Shown piece by piece: positions 36,848 through 46,517 of a stretch of DNA of 64,000 bases. This DNA is from Parcubacteria group bacterium LiPW_15 (GTDB lineage Bacteria > Patescibacteriota > Minisyncoccia > UBA6257 > 2-01-FULL-56-20). The translations under genes and the position numbers were made by a program. Location of the stretch: contig VMER01000001.1 in assembly GCA_007375645.1 (NCBI GenBank), forward strand, positions 273,211-337,210. Direction: 5' to 3'. Position 1 is the first letter of the stretch. The number at the start of each line of letters is the position of its first letter. The notes beneath the pieces are model-generated. The model made no database searches and had not been told where the DNA came from. It saw only the letters and a list, made by a program, of their open reading frames with translations.

Positions 36848-39800
36848 TTAGAACCTGTCTTTCTCCCCGATCAAAGAAACATAGAGCGTGGGCACGATGA
36901 ACAGAGTAAGGAAGGAGGAAAGCGAAAGTCCGAAGATGACCGCGCCGCCCAAAGACGTCCAAGTTTCATTCGAAAGCGTTACCGGCAAGATCCCGAAGAT
37001 CGTGCAGATAGAGGTGATAAAGATAGCCTCCATTCTGGATTTGCCCGCGTCTACCACGGAATCCATGAACGGGATCCCGCTCTTTATATTGAGGTTCATC
37101 TTGTCCACTAAAATTATCGCGTTCTTAACCACAATTCCAAAAAGCGCCAGAATTCCGATAAGTCCCGGGAAGCTCAAGGCAACATTGAAGATTCCCATAC
37201 CCACGAAAACTCCGATCAAGGCCAGAGGAATCGTGACCAAAACTATCGCCGCCTTCCTAAAGGAATTAAATTGGATAACCAAAGTGATGATGATCAAAAG
37301 GATCGCGATCACCATCGCCTGCAGGATCGAAACGACGGATTCCGTATTTTGCTCGTTCTCTCCCCCGTAGAAGATGGAATATCCGGTCGGAAATTCGTAA
37401 GTTTCTATTTTGGATTGGAAATCCGCCAGGATTTTATTCGAATTGGTGGTCGAATCCGCGCCTGCCGAAAGCAGAACTGTCCGCTTTTGATCTATGCGCG
37501 TTATGGTATCCACCGCGGGTTTCAGCTCTATCTTCGCCACGTCCTTCAGAAACACCGCTTGCTTGCGCAAATTGAGTATCTGCAAATTCTGCACGGCCTC
37601 CAGGCCCGGAAGCTTGGCTTTGTCGAAACGCACCACAATTTTTACCTCCTTGCCGTTTTGGATCACGGTGCTGACTTCGCTTCCGGAGATAGCCATCCTG
37701 AGCATTGAACCTACATAGGCGGCGTTCAGGCCGTTCAATTCAAGCTTCACCGGATCCAGGGTAAACGTATATTCCGGAGCCGCATCCTTAAGCGAAATAT
37801 CCACGTTAATAACGCCGGGAATTTCCTTGAGTTTAACTTCCAGCTCCTGCGCTATTTTATCCAATTCTTTGAGGTCGTCGCCGCTGATGCGGGCTTCAAA
37901 CGCGGCTCCGGTCGGCGGTCCGCCGCTCTCGGTCGAAACGGTTAACTCCGCGCCGCTTACGCTCGCAAAATCGCGCCGCATATCTTCCGCAAGAAGATAG
38001 GATTTCTTGGAGCGCAGCTTCGCGTCCTTAAGGGTTATAGTCATGGAAGCGACATTAGAGCCGCTGCGGCCGTTCGTACTCATCGCGCTCGGGTGGCCGA
38101 CAATAGACGAGAACGTTTTGATATCCGGATATTTAATAAGTTTCTCTTCAACCTGGCGCGCAACCTTATCCGTTTCCGAAATATTCATTCCGATCGGGGT
38201 GCGTACATCCACATATACGTAATCGGAATCCGATACCGGGAAAAATATCATCTGCACGATGCCCGTCGCGGGCAGCATGAGCGAAAATATAAAGATCGCA
38301 CCAACGGTCCACAAGGTTATCTTGCGCGCCCGTTTGGTCCCGATCATCTTGGTCACCGCCCGCTCATAGGACGGCAGGAAAACGTTGAAATGCAATATTC
38401 CGTGGATAAGTTTTTCCGCGAGCGTCGCGTCGGGATGATTGCCCTGCTCTCTCAATTTTTTCTTTATAAGCTCGTCGCTCTGCCACTCCATATCCATCTG
38501 CGCTTTGTTTGCCACAAGCTGATCGTGCCCGCCCCGCTCATACCAAACTATCATCCAAATATTTCCGGCCAAAACCAAAGCTCCCGCACCGAAGCCCAAG
38601 ACCCCGCCGGTCCAGAAAAGCAGACCCATTATCGCGATAAGCAGCAGTTCGATCAAGATGAAAAACCGCTTGGTCATCCGAAGGCGCTCCAAAACCGCCG
38701 CCAGCGGATGGTTGATCATGAGTGCGATAAACAAAGAAGAGATAAGCGTTATGGAAACGGTTATCGGAATGGATTTTATGAACTCCCCCATTATTCCGGT
38801 CGAGAGAAGAAGCGGGAGGAAAGCCCACACGGTGGTAAGAGTCGTGGTCGTAAGCACAACTTTGAAATCGTTCAAGACCAAAAGTACCGCCTCTTCCGGA
38901 GTGTATTTCCCGGTTCGCAAATATTGCTTGGTCGCGGAAACCACGACTATCGCGTCGTCCACGAGAAGTCCCAAGGCCAGGATAAGCGAAAACAGCGAAA
39001 GGAAGTTCAGGGTCTGGCCCATCGCAAGCATTACCGAAAAGGTCGCAAAAAACACGAGCGGTATGGCAAGTCCGGCCACAAACGCTTCTTTAAGGCCAAC
39101 TATCAAAAAGAGGATCACGAAAACCAGAAGAAGCGTCAGCAAAAAATCGTGGCTTAACTGATTAAAATCCCGATCCACCAATTCCGCGAGATCGGTCGTG
39201 GTTTGATATTGCACTCCGGGCGGGAAAACTTTGAGCATCCGCTCCGTAGCCGCCTTGGCTTCGGAAACCGTGTCGATTATAGAACCGCCCGTCCTCTTTA
39301 TTATGGAAATTGTCACCGCGTCCTCCGGAACGGAACCTTCGGAAGAAAGGCGGGAATAAGCGGTTTTTTCTATTGCCTTAAGCGAAACATTAGCCAGATC
39401 TTTTACGAAGATAAGTCCCCCGTCGTTCGTGTGCCCCACGGGAATAGCGCCGATAGTTTCCGCCGTAAACACGCGCGAGTCCGAGCGGATCGGATAAGTG
39501 AATTGGCTGCCCTCAAAGTTTCCCGCAGGAATCGCGAGATTAGTGGCAGCTATCGCCTGATTCGCCTGGTCCGCGGAGATTCCGTAAAAAAGTAATTTTT
39601 CCGGGCTGTAGGCTACCTCGAATTCTTTTTCATCGCCGCCGGAAATATTCGCCTCCCGAACTCCGGGTATTTTTTCGAGCTCGTCCTTAAGATCTTCGGC
39701 CATCTGCCGCATTTCAAATCCGCCGTAAGGTCCGGTAATGGCCAGGGTAAGCACCGGCTGATCGTCCATGGATATTTCCGTGACCACCGGCTCTTTGGCG

Positions 39801-40258
39801 TCGGCCGGCAAACTATTCTTTGCGCTGGTCACTTTGTCCCGCAAACTGCGGATAGAATCGTCGAGGTTCGCCTTCGCGTTAAATTCCACGACTATCGAGG
39901 AAACGGAGTTATAGGAATTGGAGGTGACCTTATCCAGGTCTTTGAGCCCCGCGATGCCGGTTTCCAATTTCTTGGTGACCAGCTCTTCCACGTCCGAAGG
40001 CGAGGCCCCGGGGTAGACAGTCGAAACAACCGCGATCGGTATCTTTACTTCCGGGTTGGATTCGCGCGGAAGCTTCGAAAAGGAATACGCGCCGGCAACA
40101 GCCAAAATGCCGATAAGCAGAATAACAACCCTGAAATTCGAAACGAAAAAGTTCAGAAAACTTTTCCGAAGTTCCGGATTAAATTCGAGGCGCTCCAAAT
40201 ATTTTTCGTCGGAAGACTTGTGGGTCGATTCCGGGATATTTATCTCTTCGTTTTCCAT
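36848..40258 (-). CDS. RND-family efflux permease (AcrB/SwrC-like)
   Basis: LPRESNPEV, YPGASP.DVE..VT..LE, GLLVDDAIVV, GIVVKNAIILVD, LTLFIVP. Confidence 0.93.
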   Translation of the reverse strand: MENEEINIPESTHKSSDEKYLERLEFNPELRKSFLNFFVSNFRVVILLIGILAVAGAYSFSKLPRESNPEVKIPIAVVSTVYPGASPSDVEELVTKKLETGIAGLKDLDKVTSNSYNSVSSIVVEFNAKANLDDSIRSLRDKVTSAKNSLPADAKEPVVTEISMDDQPVLTLAITGPYGGFEMRQMAEDLKDELEKIPGVREANISGGDEKEFEVAYSPEKLLFYGISADQANQAIAATNLAIPAGNFEGSQFTYPIRSDSRVFTAETIGAIPVGHTNDGGLIFVKDLANVSLKAIEKTAYSRLSSEGSVPEDAVTISIIKRTGGSIIDTVSEAKAATERMLKVFPPGVQYQTTTDLAELVDRDFNQLSHDFLLTLLLVFVILFLIVGLKEAFVAGLAIPLVFFATFSVMLAMGQTLNFLSLFSLILALGLLVDDAIVVVSATKQYLRTGKYTPEEAVLLVLNDFKVVLTTTTLTTVWAFLPLLLSTGIMGEFIKSIPITVSITLISSLFIALMINHPLAAVLERLRMTKRFFILIELLLIAIMGLLFWTGGVLGFGAGALVLAGNIWMIVWYERGGHDQLVANKAQMDMEWQSDELIKKKLREQGNHPDATLAEKLIHGILHFNVFLPSYERAVTKMIGTKRARKITLWTVGAIFIFSLMLPATGIVQMIFFPVSDSDYVYVDVRTPIGMNISETDKVARQVEEKLIKYPDIKTFSSIVGHPSAMSTNGRSGSNVASMTITLKDAKLRSKKSYLLAEDMRRDFASVSGAELTVSTESGGPPTGAAFEARISGDDLKELDKIAQELEVKLKEIPGVINVDISLKDAAPEYTFTLDPVKLELNGLNAAYVGSMLRMAISGSEVSTVIQNGKEVKIVVRFDKAKLPGLEAVQNLQILNLRKQAVFLKDVAKIELKPAVDTITRIDQKRTVLLSAGADSTTNSNKILADFQSKIETYEFPTGYSIFYGGENEQNTESVVSILQAMVIAILLIIITLVIQFNSFRKAAIVLVTIPLALIGVFVGMGIFNVALSFPGLIGILALFGIVVKNAIILVDKMNLNIKSGIPFMDSVVDAGKSRMEAIFITSICTIFGILPVTLSNETWTSLGGAVIFGLSLSSFLTLFIVPTLYVSLIGEKDRF

Positions 40259-40260
40259 AT

Positions 40261-41847
40261 TTACTGATTTACCGAAACCTTTTCTCCTGTTTTCAATTCA
40301 TAAACCGGGGAAACGATGCTCATGTCCGCGGAAATGCCGGATTTAACTTCGACAAACTCGCCGTTAACCGCTCCCAGTTGCACCGGTCGCTCGGAAAGCA
40401 TTCCGTTCTCCACGAGATATACAAACGCTCCATCACTGCTTATTTTCACGGCTTGAAGCGGCAAAAGGAAGGAGGCTCCGCTTCCGGCAATCTGCTTCGC
40501 GGCAATTTTAACCGCTACATTTTGACCGACCACCAAATTGGAAGTCTTAGGATCGGAAACAATCACATCCACCTGGACTTTTTTGGTGCCGGGATCAATG
40601 CTCGGAGCAACCCGATTAACTTTGCCGGCGATATTGTCTCCGATAACCGCGTCCGCTCCCTCTTCAACCAAAGAAACATCCGAAGCGCTTACGAAAGATT
40701 TAACCTTCAACCAATCCTTGTTGACCACGGAAACAACCAATTGCCCGGGCGAAGAAAGTTCGCCCACGCGCGCCGGTATGGCCGCGACCACCCCGTCGAT
40801 CGGAGAACGAATAACCGTTTTCGCCACCTGCGCCCTAAGCGCGTTCACGGATTCCAAAGACTGCTGAACCAAAGCTTCCTGAGAGGCTATCTGGTCGGAA
40901 GTATATCCGGCCTCCTTGAGCTGAAGTTGGTTTTTAATCCCTTGGATCACCAGTTTCTGCGCGGATATCGCCTGCTCTTGCGCGCTTATTGAAGTAGCTG
41001 CGCCGTTCGCTTCCCCTTTCGCGACGCCTAAAGTCAATCGAAATCCATCAACTGCAGTTTGCGACAATCCGGTCTCGTAACGGATCGCGTCGGAAGTCCG
41101 ATCCAAAAATGATTTAATGAAAGCTACATGGGCTTTGGAATTCGTAATAAGCTTGTCGAAGTCACTTTGCGTGGAAGTGCTCGTCACCGCGGATAATTCC
41201 ACGCGCCACTTATTAAGCTCGGCGCTCGCGCCAAGCCTGCCGGTCTCCACGTCTATTTTCGTTTGCGCGTCGCTGACCAAAAAAGTTAATTGAGGATTCA
41301 GCTCTTCGTCGTTCGTAAAAAACTGATCCAGTTGTTTTCTTACCGCGTCCTCGCTTTTTGAATAAGCGTCGCTTAGAAGATTCGGGGTGTTGCTGTAGAT
41401 ATTCCCGAGGCCCTGGTTGGCTTTGTCCAATTCGGTTTTAGTGATATTGAGGTCTTCCGCGCGCACGCCCTTCCTCATTTCCGCGAGTCGCGACTCCTGC
41501 GCATCCAAACCGGCCTGAACCTGTCCAAGTTGCGCCAAGAAATCCGCATTTTGGAAATTAACCAAAGCCTGATCCTTCGAAACCTTATCTCCGACCGAAA
41601 CATTTATTTTGGAAACCTGAGCGGATATCTGGCTCCTGAGTTCCGCCTGCTCCAAAGACTCCACCGAACCGTCGCCGAAAACAAACGACCCGGACTTTCC
41701 GTAGTCCTTAACCGCTATCAAATTTACTCTTTTTGCGGAGTCGGACGATCCGCCGGAGTTTTGAACCGCCAGTCTTGAGCCGACCGCGGCCACGGCAACC
41801 ACCGCGACCAAAAGAAGACTCATTAATATCTTGTGTTTTTTAAACAT
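40261..41847 (-). CDS. RND efflux adaptor subunit
   Basis: Likely start MFKKHK; V.VGD.V.K.Q.L; IRSPIDGVV; V.LG..NG..VEV.SG. Confidence 0.88.
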   Translation of the reverse strand: MFKKHKILMSLLLVAVVAVAAVGSRLAVQNSGGSSDSAKRVNLIAVKDYGKSGSFVFGDGSVESLEQAELRSQISAQVSKINVSVGDKVSKDQALVNFQNADFLAQLGQVQAGLDAQESRLAEMRKGVRAEDLNITKTELDKANQGLGNIYSNTPNLLSDAYSKSEDAVRKQLDQFFTNDEELNPQLTFLVSDAQTKIDVETGRLGASAELNKWRVELSAVTSTSTQSDFDKLITNSKAHVAFIKSFLDRTSDAIRYETGLSQTAVDGFRLTLGVAKGEANGAATSISAQEQAISAQKLVIQGIKNQLQLKEAGYTSDQIASQEALVQQSLESVNALRAQVAKTVIRSPIDGVVAAIPARVGELSSPGQLVVSVVNKDWLKVKSFVSASDVSLVEEGADAVIGDNIAGKVNRVAPSIDPGTKKVQVDVIVSDPKTSNLVVGQNVAVKIAAKQIAGSGASFLLPLQAVKISSDGAFVYLVENGMLSERPVQLGAVNGEFVEVKSGISADMSIVSPVYELKTGEKVSVNQ

Positions 41848-41961
41848 TTTATTTTTGTGCAAGTCCAGAAAGTGTAGCAAAAACCGAGGGTTATTTCAAC
41901 CAAAAACCGCCCTGCCTCATATAAACCCACGCGGGGACGGACGAACAAACCCTTTGAAAGA

Positions 41962-42120
41962 CTATCCCGCAAAATGAGCGCCCAGGTAATACGGCCAGAC
42001 TATTACCGCGAGCACCCCTTGCCAGAAGGCCAGCTTAAGGAAGCCGATGGTGAAAAACCAGCCGGCTGCCCAAAACACGCCGCACGACCCTCCCATATGT
42101 CCACACTTCATTTTGTCCAT
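41962..42120 (-). CDS. Small membrane protein (52 aa; absent from the ORF track)
   Basis: MDKMKCGHMGGSCGVFWAAGWFFTIGFLKLAFWQGVLAVIVWPYYLGAHFAG*. Confidence 0.7.
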   Translation of the reverse strand: MDKMKCGHMGGSCGVFWAAGWFFTIGFLKLAFWQGVLAVIVWPYYLGAHFAG

Positions 42121-42148
42121 TATTAAAATTGATGAGCGACCTTTTGAT

Positions 42149-42493
42149 TTAAATTTCTTCCAACATTCTGGACGCCTTGTTTTTCAGATCAACAGCTTGT
42201 TGTCTGACTGGAGTATCGGTATGTGCCTCGGAATCCGCGTTTAAAACAACATCCCACAACACCTCTTCCGCTTCCGCCTTCTCTCCGGCTTCAAGCAAGA
42301 GTTTCGCCAGTTCTATCTGAAAATTTATTTTGGAAAGCGGACTCTTATCCTCCGCGTCCATGCGCTCAGAAGTTTCAGCTATCCATTTATTAAGGAATTC
42401 TTTTGCTTCCGAATTCGCCAAACCTTTCTCGGCTATTTCTGCCACGACCCGTTCCCGGGATGGGCCCTTTTCGAAATTAGACGCCTTATCCAT
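42149..42493 (-). CDS. Hypothetical helical protein
   Basis: 114-aa ORF; TATACT 6 nt before the ATG. Confidence 0.65.
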   Translation of the reverse strand: MDKASNFEKGPSRERVVAEIAEKGLANSEAKEFLNKWIAETSERMDAEDKSPLSKINFQIELAKLLLEAGEKAEAEEVLWDVVLNADSEAHTDTPVRQQAVDLKNKASRMLEEI

Positions 42494-42594
42494 AGATTAA
42501 GTATAAATCCAAGATTGCTTCATGTAAAAAACCCTTTTTTGTATTAAAAACGCCCCGACCGGGGGTCGGGGCGCGTTGACGAAGAGCTGAACTG

Positions 42595-43722
42595 TCAGTA
42601 GCCGTATTTCTCGCGCAGCGTCGCAAGAGAGGCCCGAACCTGGAACAAAGAACTCTCGAGAGAGCGAAGCGTCTCCTGTCTCGCGCCGAGGGCCCTCTGC
42701 TTCTCTTGGAGATCCCCGAACCCGAAGCTGGCGCTTCCGGCGTTCATGAAAAAGAGCTGGATCTTCGCGATCTCTTCTCGCTCGTCTTTGATCCTCGAAG
42801 CCACCTCTTCCACGAGAGCCTTGGCCCCCTCGTATTCGGCCTTCCGCCGCTCCGTTTCCTTGAAGAATGCCTCGAGATAGCAGAGGACGCGCGCGGGCTC
42901 GTTCCGCCTCCACTCCTTACTCACGAGGGCTTCTTCGAGAGAAGCCGGAACTTCGTCGCTGGACTTGCGATCCCTGGGCTTCGCGAAAACAAGTCCGCGA
43001 AGGATCCCGATGTCCACCGCATCGATGCCCTCGCGATGCATCCACAGCCGGTCGAGTTCGCCCATCTGCAGAAGGATCCTCATGAATCCGATCCTGTGTG
43101 CGCTGAGAAGATTCCTCCACTCGTCCAGCTTTTCACGGTGTTCGCTCCACGGCGGATACATCCTATCCCGCCAGAAGAATTCGCTGTTCCACGCAAAAAG
43201 ACAGAGCTTCAGGAGGAATTCCTTGAGAATGATTTTCTCATGGGCAGTCAAGACGTTGCGATAGTCGAAGCTCCTCGAACTGCCATGGCCCGAGAAATTG
43301 TCGAGAAACTCGAAAAGCTTCGGCAGGACCTCCGCGTCCAGGATATCCGGAAACCAAGAAGGCATTGCAGAACTGGACGCATTCTTGAAAACGCGCTGGC
43401 AGAGAACCGAAGCGGCTTTCTCCGCGATCTTGCACTCCGGACAGACGTTGCCGGCGCTGCAGTGCGACATCGCATGGTCCAGAAAGAACAGCGTCCTCGC
43501 CTGCCTTTCCTTGCAGCTTTTCGGTTCGCTGTCGTAGGCGATATGCAGATGGTTGATGAGCGAAACGGTATACGTTTCGCGATTCCAATCGAAGAGCCAC
43601 GCCTGCCAGGAATAATCCCGGGGTTCGCCCCCCAGGACCTTCCTCCCCTTGAGCGGATGAACCCACTTCTTGCCCTCTTCGGGCGGTTTCTCGGTGACCT
43701 GGGTCTCGCTATTTTCGGCCAT
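42595..43722 (-). CDS. Hypothetical protein (orphan, GC-rich, C-terminal coiled coil)
   Basis: AAAGGAGG SD; TTGCGG-17-TATATT promoter; terminator hairpin at 42551-42574. Confidence 0.7.
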   Translation of the reverse strand: MAENSETQVTEKPPEEGKKWVHPLKGRKVLGGEPRDYSWQAWLFDWNRETYTVSLINHLHIAYDSEPKSCKERQARTLFFLDHAMSHCSAGNVCPECKIAEKAASVLCQRVFKNASSSAMPSWFPDILDAEVLPKLFEFLDNFSGHGSSRSFDYRNVLTAHEKIILKEFLLKLCLFAWNSEFFWRDRMYPPWSEHREKLDEWRNLLSAHRIGFMRILLQMGELDRLWMHREGIDAVDIGILRGLVFAKPRDRKSSDEVPASLEEALVSKEWRRNEPARVLCYLEAFFKETERRKAEYEGAKALVEEVASRIKDEREEIAKIQLFFMNAGSASFGFGDLQEKQRALGARQETLRSLESSLFQVRASLATLREKYGY

Positions 43723-43817
43723 ATAGGCCTCCTTTCAATCTAGCCCCATACCAAGCCGGGGCTTTGGCTACGCAAAATATAGACCTCTCGCCGAGGCCCC
43801 GCAAGTGTCGAATAGGC

Positions 43818-44342
43818 CTATTTCGGCTCAAACGTTTTGAGCGGTTTGCCCTGAATTATTTGGTCTACCTCTTCAAACCCTAGCGGAAACGCAAAGTTAT
43901 AGCGCGCCGGTAGAGCAAAAACATATTTAGCGTTCCGGTCAAGTTCGCTAGGAGGAATCGGCGCCGCGCCGATATGAAATTTCTCTTGCTGTAGTTCACC
44001 CCACTGGTTAAGCGTGAAGATCATTATCGGAATATCTTGATACATTACTTCTTTGGTCCATTTTGGATTATGGATAGAGACCACCGTACCGGTCGTGTAA
44101 TGTGTTTCGCCCAATTGATCGCCGATCACGTCTCCGCTCCACTCGTCATTCGTCACCGTGTAACCCATCCAGGTTGCCGGCAATGAAACGCTGAAACCAT
44201 ACTCGGCATTTTTATATTCGAGCTGCGTTATATTCTGTTTTTCGCAAAACTTCGGCCAAGCAAAATACCCGAGCACCATTAAAATAGCCAAAAGACCGAA
44301 GATTATTACCCGCCTTATTATCGAATGCTTGATCATGAACAA
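43818..44342 (-). CDS. Membrane-anchored hypothetical protein (PsbP-like start)
   Basis: TM followed by Y.N..YGFS.SLP..W. Confidence 0.65.
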   Translation of the reverse strand: MFMIKHSIIRRVIIFGLLAILMVLGYFAWPKFCEKQNITQLEYKNAEYGFSVSLPATWMGYTVTNDEWSGDVIGDQLGETHYTTGTVVSIHNPKWTKEVMYQDIPIMIFTLNQWGELQQEKFHIGAAPIPPSELDRNAKYVFALPARYNFAFPLGFEEVDQIIQGKPLKTFEPK

Positions 44343-44354
44343 TCCAAATGCCTA

Positions 44355-44702
44355 TTACTTTGGCAAATGTTTTTTTATATGCTTCCAGGAATGTTTCGCC
44401 TTCGCGGCAAGGATTTTTGCCTCAGCCAAAGAAAGTTTCTTAGCCTTTGCATAGCTCTTTGCTTTTTCAGCGACAAAGGCTTCGTACTCCGGCTCGCCCA
44501 CCTCTTTCATCTTTTTTACCTGCGGAGCGATATAGTTAAGAAATTCTCCGGATAATTTCGTAAAATTCTTCTGCATTTTTTGCCCGGATTCCGACTCCAG
44601 CATGCCGGCCACAACGCCAAGCACTCCTCCGACCAAAGCACCCGCCAAAAGACCTCCTCCTTTTTTCTTTGCTCCTTTCTTGCTAACAATTTTTTTCTTC
44701 AT
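44355..44702 (-). CDS. YtxH-like Lys-rich membrane-anchored protein
   Basis: GLLAGALVGGVLGVVAGML...SG.K. Confidence 0.6.
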   Translation of the reverse strand: MKKKIVSKKGAKKKGGGLLAGALVGGVLGVVAGMLESESGQKMQKNFTKLSGEFLNYIAPQVKKMKEVGEPEYEAFVAEKAKSYAKAKKLSLAEAKILAAKAKHSWKHIKKHLPK

Positions 44703-44770
44703 AATATTTTTTATTTAATTTATTAACTGCCTCGTCGCGACCTTTCCGATCTATTCCAACAAACCATACG

Positions 44771-45166
44771 CTACCAATTAAGATACGTTATCGTGAGCTG
44801 GAGAATTGTCGCGAACGAAACCCAAACGAGATACGGTATCTGGATGTAAGTTAACCACTTTTCATGCCGGTAAATCGCCGCCATCCCCCAGATAAGCGTG
44901 CCAAGAATGAGCAGGATATCTATGGCCGCAAGAAAATTATTCTGGAGGGTAAATTGTATCGGGGAGAATGCAAGGTTAAAAATAAGATTTAAGACGAACG
45001 GCAAAGCAACAATTTTATCGATCTTCTTCCTCCACGCCAGCACAAAAACCCTGCCGAAAGAAATTCCGATTAAAATATAGAGCGCTGTCCAAACCGGACC
45101 GAAAAGCCAGGCCGGCGGCGCAAAAGACGGCCTTGCCAAGCTCGCATACCAAATTGCTGTCTCCAT
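44771..45166 (-). CDS. tspO: TspO/MBR-family tryptophan-rich sensory protein
   Basis: WY.SL.RP.FAPP.W.FGPVWT.LY, N.AFSP, PYLVWVSFA. Confidence 0.93.
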   Translation of the reverse strand: METAIWYASLARPSFAPPAWLFGPVWTALYILIGISFGRVFVLAWRKKIDKIVALPFVLNLIFNLAFSPIQFTLQNNFLAAIDILLILGTLIWGMAAIYRHEKWLTYIQIPYLVWVSFATILQLTITYLNW

Positions 45167-45223
45167 GCTCTAATTATAGCAGGACTTTAAAATTTCTCCG
45201 TCTTTAGTTAGAATCCTTCCAAT

Positions 45224-45294
45224 GGGGGCATAGTTCAATGGTAGAACAGCGGTCTCCAAAACCGCTGACCTGGGTTCGATTCCTAGTGCCCCCG
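45224..45294 (+). tRNA. tRNA-Trp(CCA)
   Basis: GGGGGCA/TGCCCCC acceptor; GCGGT-CTCCAAA-ACCGC; GGTTCGATTCC. Confidence 0.96.
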
Positions 45295-45469
45295 CTAGCA
45301 AAATGAGATGGTCTTGTGGCCATCTCATTTTGATATTGGCAGTTAGGAATCGGACTGAGAGGTGGGGTCGGGAGGAAAGGTATTCCTCCCGTGTCGGAAA
45401 TTACTCAAAAACGAGGGTTTTGAGAAGCGAATGAAATGAACGCATGAGATTCCCTTGAGCGCCTGCGCT

Positions 45470-45492
45470 TAGTGCCCCCGCTAGCAAAATGA
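45470..45492 (+). repeat. 23-bp direct repeat of the tRNA-Trp 3' end (att-like)
   Basis: TAGTGCCCCCGCTAGCAAAATGA is identical to 45284-45306. Confidence 0.88.
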
Positions 45493-45531
45493 CGCCTAGT
45501 ATAGAAAGAGCATAAAAACAAAAATCCCCGG

Positions 45532-45711
45532 TTATTTGCCGGAGATCCTTGTTTCCTTGTGCTTAGTAGACTTCCTGCACCAGGCGCAGTATTTCTTAAG
45601 TTCGATCTTGCGCTCCACTTTCTTCTTATTTTTGGACGTATAATATCCCCTGTTTTTACAGACTTCACACTTCAGGGCTATTAGGTTTTCGGACCGCTTT
45701 ACCTTTGCCAT
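45532..45711 (-). CDS. rpmG: 50S ribosomal protein bL33 (zinc-binding form)
   Basis: Start MAKVKR (45711); LKCEVC..RGYYTSKNKK...IELKKYCAWCRK...HKE. Confidence 0.95.
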   Translation of the reverse strand: MAKVKRSENLIALKCEVCKNRGYYTSKNKKKVERKIELKKYCAWCRKSTKHKETRISGK

Positions 45712-45808
45712 AGTTCGGTAATAGTAGCAAATTGCCCAAATCTTGTAAACCCCGGGAGGATGACATATCCTTCCATTTCGGCTAAAATCCAATTGTCTTC
45801 GACCGAAG

Positions 45809-45880
45809 GCCACCTTAGCTCAGCGGTAGAGCAACTCTTTTGTAAAGAGAAGATCCTCGGTTCAAATCCGAGAGGTGGCT
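45809..45880 (+). tRNA. tRNA-Thr(TGT)
   Basis: GCCACCT/AGGTGGC acceptor; loop TTTGTAA; CTCGG-TTCAAAT-CCGAG. Confidence 0.94.
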
Positions 45881-45933
45881 CCGAAAGAACAAAAAAATCC
45901 GTCCGGCGGTGAACGCAAGGACGGATTTTTTGT

Positions 45934-46179
45934 TTACATAGCCGGGGTTTCTGGTGCTGCCGGCGGGGTAACGTCTGCCGGCGGGGTCGCGTCTTTCGCC
46001 TTGGCGATCATGGCCGCCTTCATCTCTTCCGGGGTCATGGTTTCGGCCATCTTTTGAACTACTTCCGGATGGGCCACTGCCGCATGCTGTTCAAGTTTGG
46101 TCGCGGCCTCTTCCGGAGTTTCGCCTTCGGCGACAAACGGGCAGGTAACGCCCATATCCATACAAGAAATATTTTTCAT
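45934..46179 (-). CDS. DUF1059-like small metal-binding protein
   Basis: MK.ISC.DMG..CPF.AEG.T.EE......H....H. Confidence 0.75.
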   Translation of the reverse strand: MKNISCMDMGVTCPFVAEGETPEEAATKLEQHAAVAHPEVVQKMAETMTPEEMKAAMIAKAKDATPPADVTPPAAPETPAM

Positions 46180-46322
46180 GGGTATATTTAATTTAAAAGT
46201 TCCGACCTTTCATTGCGACCCGATTTAGGTACGTCTTTATTTTAACCCATAAGGCGCAACACGGGCAAAGTCTGGCTATGGACTTTTCGGCCAAAATAAA
46301 TACAATCAAAGAGTCCTTTTAC

Positions 46323-46395
46323 GCCAATGTAGCTCAGTTGGTAGAGCAACTCCATGGTAAGGAGTAGGTCGTCGGTTCAACTCCGACCATTGGCT
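46323..46395 (+). tRNA. tRNA-Thr(GGT)
   Basis: GCCAATG/CATTGGC acceptor; ACTCC-ATGGTAA-GGAGT; GTCGG-TTCAACT-CCGAC. Confidence 0.95.
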
Positions 46396-46517
46396 CAGAA
46401 ATAAGCTCGAGATCAAGAAGCCCGTAGGGGCTTTTTTGACACGGTAAAATCCTGTAGTATGTATCTAAAGATCGCCGAAAAGGACGCCTGCCGAATCCCA
46501 AATAGGCAAAATATTCC

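Noticed and set aside
38093-39157. 354-aa plus-strand ORF
   Set aside because: Antisense shadow of the RND permease with no recognisable motifs.
42706-43743. 345-aa plus-strand ORF
   Set aside because: Antisense to the 375-aa ORF, which has the SD, promoter and terminator.
45224-45294. Alternative genetic code (UGA recoding as in Gracilibacteria/Absconditabacteria)
   Set aside because: Long genes read through normally under code 11, TGA ends the kinase gene, and tRNA-Trp has a normal CCA anticodon.
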